Below the pieces are notes generated by a model, which worked only from the letters and a program-made list of their open reading frames with translations, searched no databases and was not told where the DNA came from. From an uncultured Acidobacteriota bacterium (lineage in GTDB: Bacteria; Acidobacteriota; Thermoanaerobaculia; Multivoradales; UBA5704): a DNA stretch of 64,000 bases. Position numbers and translations under genes: made by a program. Shown here piece by piece: positions 39,792 to 51,028 of this stretch (position 1 is its first letter; every line of letters starts with the position of its first letter). The stretch spans positions 2,464,001 through 2,528,000 of the forward strand of contig CAVYRF010000002.1 of the NCBI GenBank assembly GCA_963770895.1, in the 5' to 3' direction.

Positions 39792-40415
39792 TTGAGCCTC
39801 ACGGACCACCTTCCGGCACCCACCTCGACCTCTTCACCGGCGGTGTCACCCGAAGTCGAAGCGCGGATCGCCCAGCACGTGCGCGGCATCCTGCTGGCGC
39901 TGGGCCTGGACCTGACCGACCCCAACCTGGCGGAAACCGACGGCAGGGTGGCCAGGATGTACCTTGAAATGTTCAGCGGCCTGGCGGAGGGCGCCGAACC
40001 GAAGGTCACCACCTTCCCCAACCAGGAAGGCTACAGCCACATGGTGATGGAGACGCAGATCCCGTTCTACTCGATGTGCGCCCACCACCTGGTGCCCTTC
40101 TACGGCCACGCCCACATCGCCTACATCCCGCGCGACCGCATCCTGGGGCTGTCCAAGTTTTCCCGTATCCTGGAGTTCTACGCCAAGCGGCCGCAGCTGC
40201 AGGAACGCATCACCGAGCAGGTGGTGACCTACCTGGACGAGCAGCTGCAGCCGCAGGGCGCCATGGTGGTGATCGAAGCGCGCCACCTGTGCGTGGAAAT
40301 GCGCGGCGTCAAAAAGCCCGGCGCGGTGACCGTCACCTCCGCCCTGCGCGGCATCTTCCACCAGCGGCAGGTGCGCGAAGAGTTCCTCGATCTGCTGCGC
40401 CGCCTGGAGCCATGA
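39792..40415 (+). CDS. folE: GTP cyclohydrolase I
   Basis: FYSMCAHHLVPF, GLSKFSR, QLQERIT, HLCVEMRG. Confidence 0.95.
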   Translation: MSLTDHLPAPTSTSSPAVSPEVEARIAQHVRGILLALGLDLTDPNLAETDGRVARMYLEMFSGLAEGAEPKVTTFPNQEGYSHMVMETQIPFYSMCAHHLVPFYGHAHIAYIPRDRILGLSKFSRILEFYAKRPQLQERITEQVVTYLDEQLQPQGAMVVIEARHLCVEMRGVKKPGAVTVTSALRGIFHQRQVREEFLDLLRRLEP

Positions 40416-41074
40416 CCGTGGATCCCATGAACCTCGTCCCGCACCTGCCGCCGCCGTCTGCCCGCCGCCGCCGCGGCACGCCCTCGCCCGCCGCCGCCCT
40501 TGCCTGCGCCGTCTGCCTGCTGTGCGCCCTGCTCGCGGGATGCGCCTCCGGCGGCGCCGGCAACGCGTCCGCCGGCGACCTGACCAACCCGCTTCTGGGA
40601 CCCGACCTCTCGATCTGGCTGATCGGTCCGGTGGCGCACCTGGCGACGCCCGAGGAAGTGCAGCAGTACCTCGCCTTGCGCGACGACGCCCGGGCCAACG
40701 ACTTCATCCAGCAGTTCTGGGACCGCCGCAATCCGACCAAGGGCCCCGGCAATCCGGTGCGCGCCGCCTTTGAAGAGCGTTGCGACGTGGCCGATCACAA
40801 GTTCACCGAAGGCGGCGTGCTGGGGCGCCGCACCGATCGCGGCACGATCCTGGTGCTGTACGGCCCGCCGGCAAAGACCGGCTTCGAGGTGCCGCCGCGT
40901 CCCAACATGTCCGGCATCGAAGTCTGGGACTACGCCGCCGGCGCGCCCGCCGGCCTGGACGGCAAGCGGCCGGACCGCGCCTACCGCTTCATCAAGCGCG
41001 GCGAGCTGACGGTGCGCTACCTGGCGCCGCTGGCGCCGACGCTGACGCCCGGGCCTGCCGTGCCGCCGGGGTAG
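40412..41074 (+). CDS. GWxTD-domain lipoprotein
   Basis: Lipobox LLAGC; FIQQFWDRRNPT, GRRTDRG..LVLYGPP, EVWDY. Confidence 0.85.
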   Translation: MTVDPMNLVPHLPPPSARRRRGTPSPAAALACAVCLLCALLAGCASGGAGNASAGDLTNPLLGPDLSIWLIGPVAHLATPEEVQQYLALRDDARANDFIQQFWDRRNPTKGPGNPVRAAFEERCDVADHKFTEGGVLGRRTDRGTILVLYGPPAKTGFEVPPRPNMSGIEVWDYAAGAPAGLDGKRPDRAYRFIKRGELTVRYLAPLAPTLTPGPAVPPG

Positions 41075-41138
41075 CCGCCCCGCCCGCCGGCCTAGCCCGT
41101 CACCGCCCCGCTGCCGTCGCCGCCGACCGAGGGAACTC

Positions 41139-42215
41139 ATGACCGAGCCGCGTGCCGTCCTCGCCGGGACCGGAGTGGCCATTCCGCCGCTCGCGGTCGA
41201 CAACCACATGCTGTCGCGGATCGTCGATACCACCGACGACTGGATCCGCGAGCGCAGCGGCATCGTGACGCGCCACTACGTCGAGCGCGGCGTCGCCTCC
41301 TCGGACCTGGGCGCCGAAGCCGCCCGCGCCGCCTTGGCCGCCGCCGGCATCGAAGCCGCGCAGGTCGACTACATCGTCTGCGCCACGATGACCCCCGACC
41401 ACTACTTTCCGGGCAGCGGCACGCTGATCCAGCAGAAGCTGGGCATCGCGCCGCTGCCGGTGCTCGACATCCGCCAGCAGTGCGCCGGCTTTGCCTACGG
41501 CCTGCAGGTGGTGGATGCGCTCATCCGCAGCGGCAGCGCGCGCACGGTGCTGCTGGTGGGGACCGACGTCCACACCTCCCTGATGCCCTTTTCGGACCGC
41601 ACCTTCGAGGTGCTGCACGGCCGCGATCCGGGGCCGTTGCCGGCGGAGGACTTCGCCTGGAACTCACGCTTTCGCCACCTGCTGGTGCTGTTCGGCGACG
41701 GCGCCGGGGCGATGGTGTTCCGGCCCGCCACCGCGGCGGACGGCGACCGCGGCATCCTGGGCACCGCGCTGTATGGCGACGGCAACCACCGCGATATCCT
41801 GTACGTGCCGGGCGGCGGGTCGCAGCGGCGGCCGTTCGTGAGCTGCGACATGGTGCGGGCGGCTGAAACGGTGCCGGTGATGGACGGCCGGGCGGTGTTC
41901 AAACTGGCGGTCACGCGCATGCCTGAAGTGACGCTGCAGGTGCTGCGCGCCGGGGGGTACGGCATCGCCGATCTGGACCTTTTGATCATGCACCAGGCCA
42001 ACCTGCGTATCAACGAGGCGTCGCAGAAGGTCCTGGGCCTGCCCGAACAAAAGGTGCACAACAACATCCAGAAGTACGGCAACACCACCTCGGCGACCCT
42101 GCCCATCGCCTTCCACGAAGCGCAGCAGGCGGGCAAGGGACAGCCGGGGTCGCTCGTGGCATTCACCGCGCTGGGCGCCGGCCTGCATTGGGGGTCGGTC
42201 CTGGTGCGTATCTGA
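41139..42215 (+). CDS. fabH: 3-oxoacyl-ACP synthase III
   Basis: WIRERSGI, QQCAGF, LFGDGAGA, HQANLRI, YGNTTSA (C-H-N triad). Confidence 0.9.
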   Translation: MTEPRAVLAGTGVAIPPLAVDNHMLSRIVDTTDDWIRERSGIVTRHYVERGVASSDLGAEAARAALAAAGIEAAQVDYIVCATMTPDHYFPGSGTLIQQKLGIAPLPVLDIRQQCAGFAYGLQVVDALIRSGSARTVLLVGTDVHTSLMPFSDRTFEVLHGRDPGPLPAEDFAWNSRFRHLLVLFGDGAGAMVFRPATAADGDRGILGTALYGDGNHRDILYVPGGGSQRRPFVSCDMVRAAETVPVMDGRAVFKLAVTRMPEVTLQVLRAGGYGIADLDLLIMHQANLRINEASQKVLGLPEQKVHNNIQKYGNTTSATLPIAFHEAQQAGKGQPGSLVAFTALGAGLHWGSVLVRI

Positions 42216-42248
42216 TCGCGCCTGCCAGCCTGTAAAGAGCCCGTCGCC

Positions 42249-43346
42249 ATGCCGGTGCCATCGCCCCCCGCCGCCGCCTCGCCCGCGCCGCTCGATCCGG
42301 CCGCCATCTCGGCGGCGATCGCGCAGCGCGTCATGGGCCAGGAACAGGCGGTGCGCGAGATGGCGATCGCGCTCGCCAAGCAGCTGGCGGGGCTGCGGGT
42401 CGGCAACATCCTCATGATCGGCTCGTCGGGCACCGGCAAGACGACGTTGATGCGCGCCGTTGAAGGCTACCTGGCCGGCACCCCCCAGCTGGCCGGCCGC
42501 TCGGCCGTGGTGCGCATCCACGCCAACGTCCTGGGGGAGGAAGCGGAGCGCGGCCGTCCCGGCGAGGCCGTGCTGGGCCGCCTGCTGAGCCGCGCCCGCG
42601 AGCAGCTCGGCCTCCACGCGCCGCTCGGCGAGCTGCTGCGGCGCGCCTCGTCGGGCCTGGTCTTCGTCGACGAAGTGGACAAGATCCGCTCGGCGGTGGG
42701 CGGGGTGCCCAACGTGTCCGGCATCCGCGCCCAGGAGGCGCTGCTGACGCTGATCGAAAACGAAGCGATCGAGCTCGATCTGCCCGCCTGGGCCGGCGGC
42801 GCGCGGGTGACCGTCGATTCGTCGGGTCTGCTGTTCGTCTGCGCCGGGGCGTTCGAAGGGCTGTACGACGCGGTGTACGACCGCGTCACGATCGGCAAGG
42901 ATCGCGGGGCGCTGCAGCCGGTGACGGTGGTCGAAGGCGGTGTGGTGCGCGAGCAGGTGATCTTTCACCTGCGCCGCTGGCTGCGCAACGAAGACCTGTT
43001 CGAATACGGCATGAGCCCGCAGTTCCTGTCGCGCTTCGACGCCGTGGTGCTGCTCAACGACCTCACCCTGGACGAGCTGGTGCGGATCTTCCTGGAGACT
43101 CCCGACTCCGCGTACCACCAGACCCGCGAATACTTCGAGAGCCGCGGCATCCACATGGCCCTGTCGCCGGCGGCGGTGCGGCGGATCGCCCTGGAAGCCT
43201 CGCGCCAGCCCCGGCTGGGCGCCCGCGCGCTCAAGGAGGCGTTTCGGCGGGTGATCCGGGACTACGAATTTGCCCCCACCGCCGCGGCGCCCGGCGGCGT
43301 CCTGCTGCTCGACCTGCCCGAAGTCGAAGCCGCGCTCAACCGGTGA
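42249..43346 (+). CDS. ClpX/HslU-clade AAA+ ATPase, atypical
   Basis: VMGQEQA, GSSGTGKT, VFVDEVDKI, FVCAGAFEGL, YGMSPQFLSRF, LGARAL; no Zn finger and no GYVG. Confidence 0.85.
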   Translation: MPVPSPPAAASPAPLDPAAISAAIAQRVMGQEQAVREMAIALAKQLAGLRVGNILMIGSSGTGKTTLMRAVEGYLAGTPQLAGRSAVVRIHANVLGEEAERGRPGEAVLGRLLSRAREQLGLHAPLGELLRRASSGLVFVDEVDKIRSAVGGVPNVSGIRAQEALLTLIENEAIELDLPAWAGGARVTVDSSGLLFVCAGAFEGLYDAVYDRVTIGKDRGALQPVTVVEGGVVREQVIFHLRRWLRNEDLFEYGMSPQFLSRFDAVVLLNDLTLDELVRIFLETPDSAYHQTREYFESRGIHMALSPAAVRRIALEASRQPRLGARALKEAFRRVIRDYEFAPTAAAPGGVLLLDLPEVEAALNR

Positions 43347-44136
43347 CGCCAGGGGCGCCGGCGGCGCCGGCGGTGCCCGCGGCGGGGCGCAGCGAGCGCA
43401 CGCGGCGCTGGCGGAGAAGATCGGCAAGCCGGCGGCGCCGGCGGCGGCCCGTCAGCACCTGCGGCACCAGCGTCAGGGTCACCAGGAGCGCCATCGAAAT
43501 CCCCAGCTGGACGTACAGCCCGGTGCGGCGGCCTTGCGCGGCGTGGGCCAGGGCGCCAAAGAAGAAGCTGTAGATGATCACCGTGGGGGCGACGCCCAGC
43601 GCGGTGGTCGACAGGAAGAGCGCCGGGCGGACTCCCGTCAGGGCGGCGGCATAGTTGACCAGCGGGAACGGCAGCGGCAGGAAGCGCAGCGCCACCAGCC
43701 CCCAGAAACCGCGGCGCGCCAGGGCTCGCTCGACCTTGCGCAGCCGGTTCCCGGCAAGGTGGCTGACCAGGTCTCGGCCCAGCGCCAGTCCGAGCAGGTA
43801 GGTCGTCGCGCCGCCCAGGAACACGCCGATCACGTTGTAGATCGCGCCGGCCAGGCCGCCGAACACCACGCCGCCGGCGACCATCAGCGGCGTCGCCGGC
43901 ACTCCCAGCGGTGACAGCACGACATAGCCGCCGATCAGCACCGCCGGCGCCCACCATGCGCGTTGCAGCCTGGCGATCGCGGCGACCAGCGCCGGCCCCG
44001 ACAGGTAACCGGCGAGCGGCGTCCAGCGCAGCGCCGCCAGGCCGGCCAGGACCAGCGCCGGCAGCAGCAGGAACCGCAGCAGCACGCGCCGCGGAATGCG
44101 GCCGCGGCCGGCGGTCTGGCTGGCTTCGGCGGACAT
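43336..44136 (-). CDS. TVP38/DedA (VTT domain) membrane protein
   Basis: AGGVVFG, LRFLPLPFPLVNYAAALTGV; multiple TM segments. Confidence 0.88.
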   Translation of the reverse strand: MSAEASQTAGRGRIPRRVLLRFLLLPALVLAGLAALRWTPLAGYLSGPALVAAIARLQRAWWAPAVLIGGYVVLSPLGVPATPLMVAGGVVFGGLAGAIYNVIGVFLGGATTYLLGLALGRDLVSHLAGNRLRKVERALARRGFWGLVALRFLPLPFPLVNYAAALTGVRPALFLSTTALGVAPTVIIYSFFFGALAHAAQGRRTGLYVQLGISMALLVTLTLVPQVLTGRRRRRRLADLLRQRRVRSLRPAAGTAGAAGAPGVTG

Positions 44137-44196
44137 CGGCGAGCGGCGCGGGCGGCGGACGGACGGCGGACAGCGGGGGAGGGCGCGGCGCCGAGC

Positions 44197-44508
44197 CTAG
44201 CCGGCGGCCGGCAGGTGCAGGAACGTGCGCATTTCGGCGTTCAGCCGCTCCTGCGCCGCCGGGTCCATGAAGTTGAGCCGCAGCTCGTTGATGAGCATCA
44301 CTTCCGCGGCCGCCCACTCGGCCCAGCAGTCGGCGCAGACGGTGGCCACGATCTGCCGCCCCGCGGCGCCCGGCAGCGGCGCCCGCTTCATCGCCGGCGC
44401 GTCGGTGCGCTGGCAGCGGCAGCACAGGGCGACGGTCGCGCCGGGGGTGCCGGGGCCGCCGGGGCCGCTGGGGCCGCCGGGGCCATTGGGTAAATCGGGG
44501 GCGCTCAT
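44197..44508 (-). CDS. Fe(II)-trafficking / oxidative damage protection protein (YggX-like)
   Basis: PLPGAAGRQI..VCADCWAEW, MLINELRLN, EMRTFL. Confidence 0.88.
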   Translation of the reverse strand: MSAPDLPNGPGGPSGPGGPGTPGATVALCCRCQRTDAPAMKRAPLPGAAGRQIVATVCADCWAEWAAAEVMLINELRLNFMDPAAQERLNAEMRTFLHLPAAG

Positions 44509-44771
44509 CGCACCTCTCCCGGCAGCACGATGAGGCTTTCGGAACGCTGCAGGACTTCGCGCGGCAGGCGCACCACCAGCAGCAGGTCGTCGCCGTCCTG
44601 CGTGCCGCGCAGGTTCTTGACCAGCTGGTCGGGCAGCGCCAGCTTGACGTAGGCGGGCCGCTTGGCGTTCTGTCTGGCGCTTTCTACAACCAGTTCGCGC
44701 ATCGCGGTCAGCTCCACCCTTTCGGGGTACTTTTCAAGGGCGAAGGTGAGGGCCTTCAGAGGATCGTCCAT
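44505..44771 (-). CDS. Hypothetical protein
   Basis: 88-aa ORF with normal codon usage; stop overlaps the start of the YggX-like gene. Confidence 0.7.
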   Translation of the reverse strand: MDDPLKALTFALEKYPERVELTAMRELVVESARQNAKRPAYVKLALPDQLVKNLRGTQDGDDLLLVVRLPREVLQRSESLIVLPGEVR

Positions 44772-44819
44772 GGGCTCATTGTACTCGCCGGCCGGATCGC
44801 GGCCAGCGGGGGACGTTCA

Positions 44820-45793
<974 letters not shown>

Positions 45794-45797
<4 letters not shown>

Positions 45798-47146
45798 GCC
45801 GGGCTCCCTTGGTGGGCGTGGGCCAGCACCGCCGCCGGGCGGGCGACCGGCCGTCCGATCGAGATGTATTCGAAATTTGCCGCGGCCATCTTTTCGGGCT
45901 CGTAGAGGTTGCGCAGGTCGATCACCAGCGGCCGTGCCAGCAGCTCGTGCAGCCGATCCAGCTCAAGCTTGCGAAACTGGTTCCATTCGGTGCACAAAAC
46001 CAGCGCTTCGGCGCCGCGCGCCGCTTCGTAGGCGTTGTCGCAGAACGCGACCGTGGGATAGAGCGGCTTGCAGGCGGGCATCGCCTCGGGATCGAAGGCG
46101 CGCACGCTGGCGCCGCCGTCGAGCAGGCCCTTGAGCACCGCCAGCGCCGGCGATTCGCGGATGTCGTCGGTGTTGGGCTTGAACGACAGGCCGAGCAGCG
46201 CCACGGTCTTGCCGGCGACGGCGCCCAGCGCCGCTTCCACCTTTTTGACCATGCGCGCCTTGACCGCTTCGTTGACGTCGAGCACCGCCTCGATGATGCG
46301 AAACTGCAAGCCCTGGTCGCGAGCGATCTGTGCCACCGCCATGGTGTCCTTGGGGAAGCAGGAGCCGCCGAAGCCCGGTCCCGGATCGAGGAACTTGGGC
46401 CCGATGCGGCTGTCGAGCCCCATGCCGCGCGACACCACTTCGACGTTGGCGCCGATGGCTTCGCACAGCTCGGCGACTTCGTTGATGAACGAGATCTTGG
46501 TGGCCAGGAAGCCGTTGGACGCGTACTTGATCAGCTCGGCGCTTTCGATGTCGGTGGTGACGAAGGGCACGTCGGCGGCGGCGAGCGGCGAGTAGACGTC
46601 GAGCATCATTTCGATCGCGCGGGGATCGCGCGAGCCGATGACCACGCGGTCGGGATGCATGAAGTCCTCGATCGCCGAACCCTCGCGCAGAAACTCGGGG
46701 TTGGACACCACGGCGAAAGGATGGCGCCCGCCGGTGCCTTCGCGCACGATCGATTCGATCATCTTGCCGGTGCCGATCGGCACCGTGCTCTTGGTGACGA
46801 TGACCTTGTAACCGTTCAGGTGCTGAGCGATCGATGCGGCGACCTCGCGGATGAACTTGAGGTCGGCGGAGCCGTCGCTCTTGGGCGGCGTGCCGACGGC
46901 GATGAAGATTGCCTGCGCCTCTTCGATGGCCGACGGCAGATCGGTCGAAAAGCGCAGGCGGCCTTCGTCCATGTTCTTTTGCACCAGCGTGTCCAGGCCG
47001 GGCTCGTAGATCGGCACCTTGCCTTCGCACAGCGCTTCGACCTTGGCCGCATCCTTGTCCACGCCGACGACGTGCATGCCAAAGTCCGCCAGGCAGGCGC
47101 CGGTGACCAGTCCGACGTAGCCGCTACCGACAACACAGATGTTCAT
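45794..47146 (-). CDS. ugd: UDP-glucose 6-dehydrogenase
   Basis: [44 protein letters not shown]. Confidence 0.96.
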
Positions 47147-47162
47147 GGCTTTGGGTCAACCT

Positions 47163-48203
47163 TCATAAGTGAGATCCGCCGCGGGCCGGATCGGTCAGGG
47201 AGTTGGAGGGCACGCCGCCGGGATGACCGGTTGGAGCTGCCTGCTGTTGGCGGTACCAGCGGACGAAACGCCGCAGTCCCTCCCGGATCGGAACCTTCGG
47301 AGAATAGCCCAGCAAGCGTGCTGCCTTGGAGACATCGGCGTAGGTGATCGGGACGTCACCGGGCTGGGCGGCAAGATACTCGATGCGCGGCTCGACGGCA
47401 AGCTCCGCCGCAATCCACTGCACCAGATCCGCCAGCGTCGTGGTGTCGGCGCCACCAAGGTTGAAGATTTCGAAACCGGGAGACAGGTCGAGGGCCGCCA
47501 GCAGGCCGTCCACGATGTCGTCGACGAAGGTGTAATCCCGCCGGCTGCCGCCGTCGCCGAACATGGGGATCGCTTCACCGCGGGCCAGCAGGTCGGTGAA
47601 CTTGGCGATCGCCATCTCGGGCCGCTGCGCCGGCCCGTAGACCGTGAAGAAGCGCAGGCAGGAGACGCGGAAGCCGTACAGGTGATGGTAGTTGTAACAG
47701 AGCAGCTCGCCCGTCCGCTTGGTGGTGGCGTAGGGGCTGATCGGCTGGTTCACTTCGTCGTCTTCGGCGAACGGCACCTTGGTGTTGATGCCGTAGACCG
47801 AAGAGGACGAGCCGAACACGAACCGGGGCGGCCCATGATGCCGCGCCGCCTCGAGCAGGCGCAGGGTGCCGATGCAGTTGACGTCTTCGTAGAGGATCGG
47901 TTCGCGCAGGCTTGGCCGCACGCCGGCGCGCGCCGCCAGGTGGATCACCGCGTCAAAGCGGCCGGCGGCAAAGATGCGGTCGAGCAGGCCGCCGTCGCGG
48001 ATGTCGCCTTCGACCAGCGCGAAGCGCTCGCCAGCCGCGGGCTCGGCCGCCAGCGCCGCGACGTTCCGGCGTTTGCGCGCCGGGTCGTAGAAATCGTTGA
48101 AATCGTCGAGCACGGTCACGCGCTCGCCGCGCCCCAGCAGGCGTCGCGTCAGGTGGGAGCCGATGAAGCCGGCGCCGCCGGTAACCAGGATATGGGCGGG
48201 CAT
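47163..48203 (-). CDS. NAD-dependent epimerase (UDP-glucuronate 4-epimerase-like)
   Basis: TGGAGFIGS, HLAARAGVRPS, SSSSVYG, YATTK, LRFFTVYGP, RPEMA. Confidence 0.92.
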   Translation of the reverse strand: MPAHILVTGGAGFIGSHLTRRLLGRGERVTVLDDFNDFYDPARKRRNVAALAAEPAAGERFALVEGDIRDGGLLDRIFAAGRFDAVIHLAARAGVRPSLREPILYEDVNCIGTLRLLEAARHHGPPRFVFGSSSSVYGINTKVPFAEDDEVNQPISPYATTKRTGELLCYNYHHLYGFRVSCLRFFTVYGPAQRPEMAIAKFTDLLARGEAIPMFGDGGSRRDYTFVDDIVDGLLAALDLSPGFEIFNLGGADTTTLADLVQWIAAELAVEPRIEYLAAQPGDVPITYADVSKAARLLGYSPKVPIREGLRRFVRWYRQQQAAPTGHPGGVPSNSLTDPARGGSHL

Positions 48204-48242
48204 GTCGCTCGGTCGGGTCTCTCTCTGCCGGGGCAGGGTCGC

Positions 48243-49508
48243 CTAATACCCCGACGGTGGGCCGGGTGGCGGGGGCGAGGGCGCGGCGGCGCCGGGCGGC
48301 GGATCGGTCGGGCCGCCGGGCTGGCCGGTGGAGCCGCCGGTGGCGTCTTGGTACCGCTGCTTGATCCCCGCCTTTTGACGGTTCTGGATCAGCCAGCGCA
48401 GCATCCAGGACCGATTCACGCCGACGATAATATCGTTGATCGCGTCGTAGATCCGGGGATCGTTGAGCAGCCGGGCGGCGGTGCCGTTGCCCTCGACCAG
48501 GCGGTCGCTCAGCGTGTCCAGGTGCTCGACGGCCGAACGCAGGTGCCCGCTCACCTCGCGCCCGTACGCTTCGTCCGACAGGAGCTTGGGCAGCAGCCCC
48601 TGGCCGGTGTCCAGGCGGTTGCTGAATGCCTGCAGGTCGCGGCTTGCCGCGTCCAGGTTGGCCAGCACGTCGTCCAGCCGCTGCCGCTCCCGCGGGTCGT
48701 TGAGCAGCCCCGGCAGCACCCCCGGACCGCTCTGGGCGCTGGCCAGCACGGCATTCAGGCGGTCCACCGAGCTGCTCAGGCGGTTGGCCAGGGCGCGGTC
48801 GTTGAGCAGCCGCGGCAGCACGCCGGGGCCGGTTTCCATCTGCGCCGCGACCCGCTGCACGGTCTGCATCGCGGCCAGCGTCGAGGCGCGCAGCTGCTTG
48901 CCGGTCGGCGATTCGGTCGTCATGTCGCCGAGCAGCCCTTCGCCGCGGTCGATGCGGCCCAGGATGTTGAGCAGCGAGTGCGAGATCTGGGTGACGTTGG
49001 CCATCACGTCTTCGCCCGAGGCCATGAGGTGCTCCAGGTTGCCGGTGGCGGCGGCCTCGATCTCGGTGCCGTCCGGGATGATCGGGTAAGCAAGCGCGCC
49101 TGAATTCAGCTCGATGTATTTGTCCCCGAGCAGGCCCTGGGTCTTGATCCGCGCCCGCGTCGGCGGCGCCGTCCCCGCGGGCGGCGGCGGCGCCCCGCCG
49201 GGGAGCGCATCGGGCGTCCGCAACCGGCGGGCGTAGCGGCTGTCGACGCTCAGCCAGACCTGGATCTCCGACTCCTTGGGGTCTTCCGCCAGCACCACCT
49301 TGTTGACGCTGCCGACGTTGACGCCGTCGAGGGTCACCGGGCTGCCCGCCGCCAGGCCGCCGACCTGGCCGAAGCGGATGTAGTAGTGGTTCTTGCGCGT
49401 GAACAGGTTGTTTTTGTCGCCCAGGATCAGCAGCCCGGCGCCGAGCACCGCCAGGGCAGACAGGACCACCAGGCCGACTTTCAGCTCACGCGCGAGGGGG
49501 GGTGCCAT
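48243..49508 (-). CDS. MlaD/MCE-family protein with long helical tail
   Basis: ELKVG + TM, GLAAGSPVTLDGVNVGSV, TQGLLGDKYIEL; repeated G-x-L-x-x-LLND units. Confidence 0.92.
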   Translation of the reverse strand: MAPPLARELKVGLVVLSALAVLGAGLLILGDKNNLFTRKNHYYIRFGQVGGLAAGSPVTLDGVNVGSVNKVVLAEDPKESEIQVWLSVDSRYARRLRTPDALPGGAPPPPAGTAPPTRARIKTQGLLGDKYIELNSGALAYPIIPDGTEIEAAATGNLEHLMASGEDVMANVTQISHSLLNILGRIDRGEGLLGDMTTESPTGKQLRASTLAAMQTVQRVAAQMETGPGVLPRLLNDRALANRLSSSVDRLNAVLASAQSGPGVLPGLLNDPRERQRLDDVLANLDAASRDLQAFSNRLDTGQGLLPKLLSDEAYGREVSGHLRSAVEHLDTLSDRLVEGNGTAARLLNDPRIYDAINDIIVGVNRSWMLRWLIQNRQKAGIKQRYQDATGGSTGQPGGPTDPPPGAAAPSPPPPGPPSGY

Positions 49509-50280
49509 GTTCGTCGTTCTCCTCAAGCTCCCGGCCCGCCAGGAAATCGGCCAGCTCGGGGTCGGTCGAGGCGTCCGCCGCGGCCCAGTCGCCCAGGAAG
49601 CGAAAGCGCCCCGCGGACAGGTAGGCGACGCGGTCGCCCACCCGCCGCGCCAGCGGCAGGTCATGGGTGATGACCACCTGGGTGACGTCCAGGCGGCGAT
49701 GGATGTTGCGAATGAGATGGCCGATGGCGGCCGAGGTCATCGGGTCCAGGCCGGTGGTCGGCTCGTCGTAGAGCACCACTTCCGGCTCCAGCGCCAGGGA
49801 GCGCGCCAGGGCGGCGCGCTTGCGCATGCCGCCCGAAAGGTCCGACGGCATCTGCGGCCCGATCTCGGGCAGGTTGACCAGGCCGAGCAGCTCGCGCACC
49901 CGCGCCGCGATGTCGCGCTCGGACAGCTGCGTGTGCGCACGCAGCGGGAAGGCGACGTTGTCGGCGACCGTCATCGAATCGAACAGCGCGCCACCCTGAA
50001 ACAGCATGGCGATGCGGCGGCGCACCGGGAACAGCTCGCGCTCCGTCAGGGTGCTGACCGGGATGCCGTCGAACGTCACGGTGCCGGCGTCGGGGCGGTC
50101 CAGGCCGTTGAGCTGGCGCAGGGTCACGCTCTTGCCGCTGCCCGAACGGCCCAGGATGACGAAGCATTCGCCGCGCAGGATGTCGAAATCGATCGCATCC
50201 AGCACCTTGCGGCCGGCGAAGCTCTTGGTCAAGCCGCGCACGACGAAGGCAGCGGGAGCGGCGGGTTCAGCCGATGGCAA
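49486..50280 (-). CDS. MlaF-like ABC ATPase
   Basis: GRSGSGKS, LSGGMRKR, YDEPTTGLDP, ITHD. Confidence 0.95.
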   Translation of the reverse strand: MPSAEPAAPAAFVVRGLTKSFAGRKVLDAIDFDILRGECFVILGRSGSGKSVTLRQLNGLDRPDAGTVTFDGIPVSTLTERELFPVRRRIAMLFQGGALFDSMTVADNVAFPLRAHTQLSERDIAARVRELLGLVNLPEIGPQMPSDLSGGMRKRAALARSLALEPEVVLYDEPTTGLDPMTSAAIGHLIRNIHRRLDVTQVVITHDLPLARRVGDRVAYLSAGRFRFLGDWAAADASTDPELADFLAGRELEENDEHGTPPRA

Positions 50281-51028
50281 GCAGGAAGATCCTGGTCAGG
50301 AAGTAGTCGGAGATCATGATGGCCAGCGCCACGGTGACCACGGTATCGGTCGTGGCGCGCCCGACGCCGTCGGCGCCGCCCTTGGTGTGCAGGCCGTTGT
50401 AGCAGCCGATGATGGCGATGATGTAGGCGAAGAAGAACGACTTGCCGACGCCGCTCACGATGTCGGAGATGCGCAGGCTTTCGGTGATGTTGTTGAAGTA
50501 GATGGCGGGGGCCAGCTGCAGCTGGAACACCGCCACCACCAGCCCGCCCAGGATGCCCAGCGCATCCCCCAGCACGGTCAGCGCCGGCACCATGACCAGC
50601 ACCGCCGCCAGTTTGGGAGCCACCAGCTTTTTGACCGGATCGACGGCCATCGAGCGCATGGCGTCGATCTGCTCGCTCACCGTCATGGTGCCGATTTCGG
50701 CGGTCATGCCGGCGCCGATGCGGCCGCCGACGATGAGAGCGGTCAGCACCGGTCCCAGCTCGCGCACCAGCGACTTGGCGACCACCGACCCGATGTAGTA
50801 CTTGACCCCCAGCTCGGGCAGGCTGTACGCGGTCTGCAACGCCAGCACCATGCCGGTGAACAGGGTGGCGACTCCGGCGACTCCCAGGGAACCGACTCCC
50901 AGCTGTTCCAGCTGGAGGAAGAACTGGTCGATTTCGAGCGGCCGCGTGGGCATGCTGGCCAGCGCCCGCCAGGTCAGCAGGGCGATGCCGCCGGTCCTTT
51001 CGGCCAGCTCGCGGCCGCGGCCTCTCAC
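50267..51028 (-). CDS. MlaE-family permease
   Basis: RELGPVLTAL, GAGMTAEIGTM, SEQIDA, GGADGVGRATT. Confidence 0.95.
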   Translation of the reverse strand: MRGRGRELAERTGGIALLTWRALASMPTRPLEIDQFFLQLEQLGVGSLGVAGVATLFTGMVLALQTAYSLPELGVKYYIGSVVAKSLVRELGPVLTALIVGGRIGAGMTAEIGTMTVSEQIDAMRSMAVDPVKKLVAPKLAAVLVMVPALTVLGDALGILGGLVVAVFQLQLAPAIYFNNITESLRISDIVSGVGKSFFFAYIIAIIGCYNGLHTKGGADGVGRATTDTVVTVALAIMISDYFLTRIFLLAIG

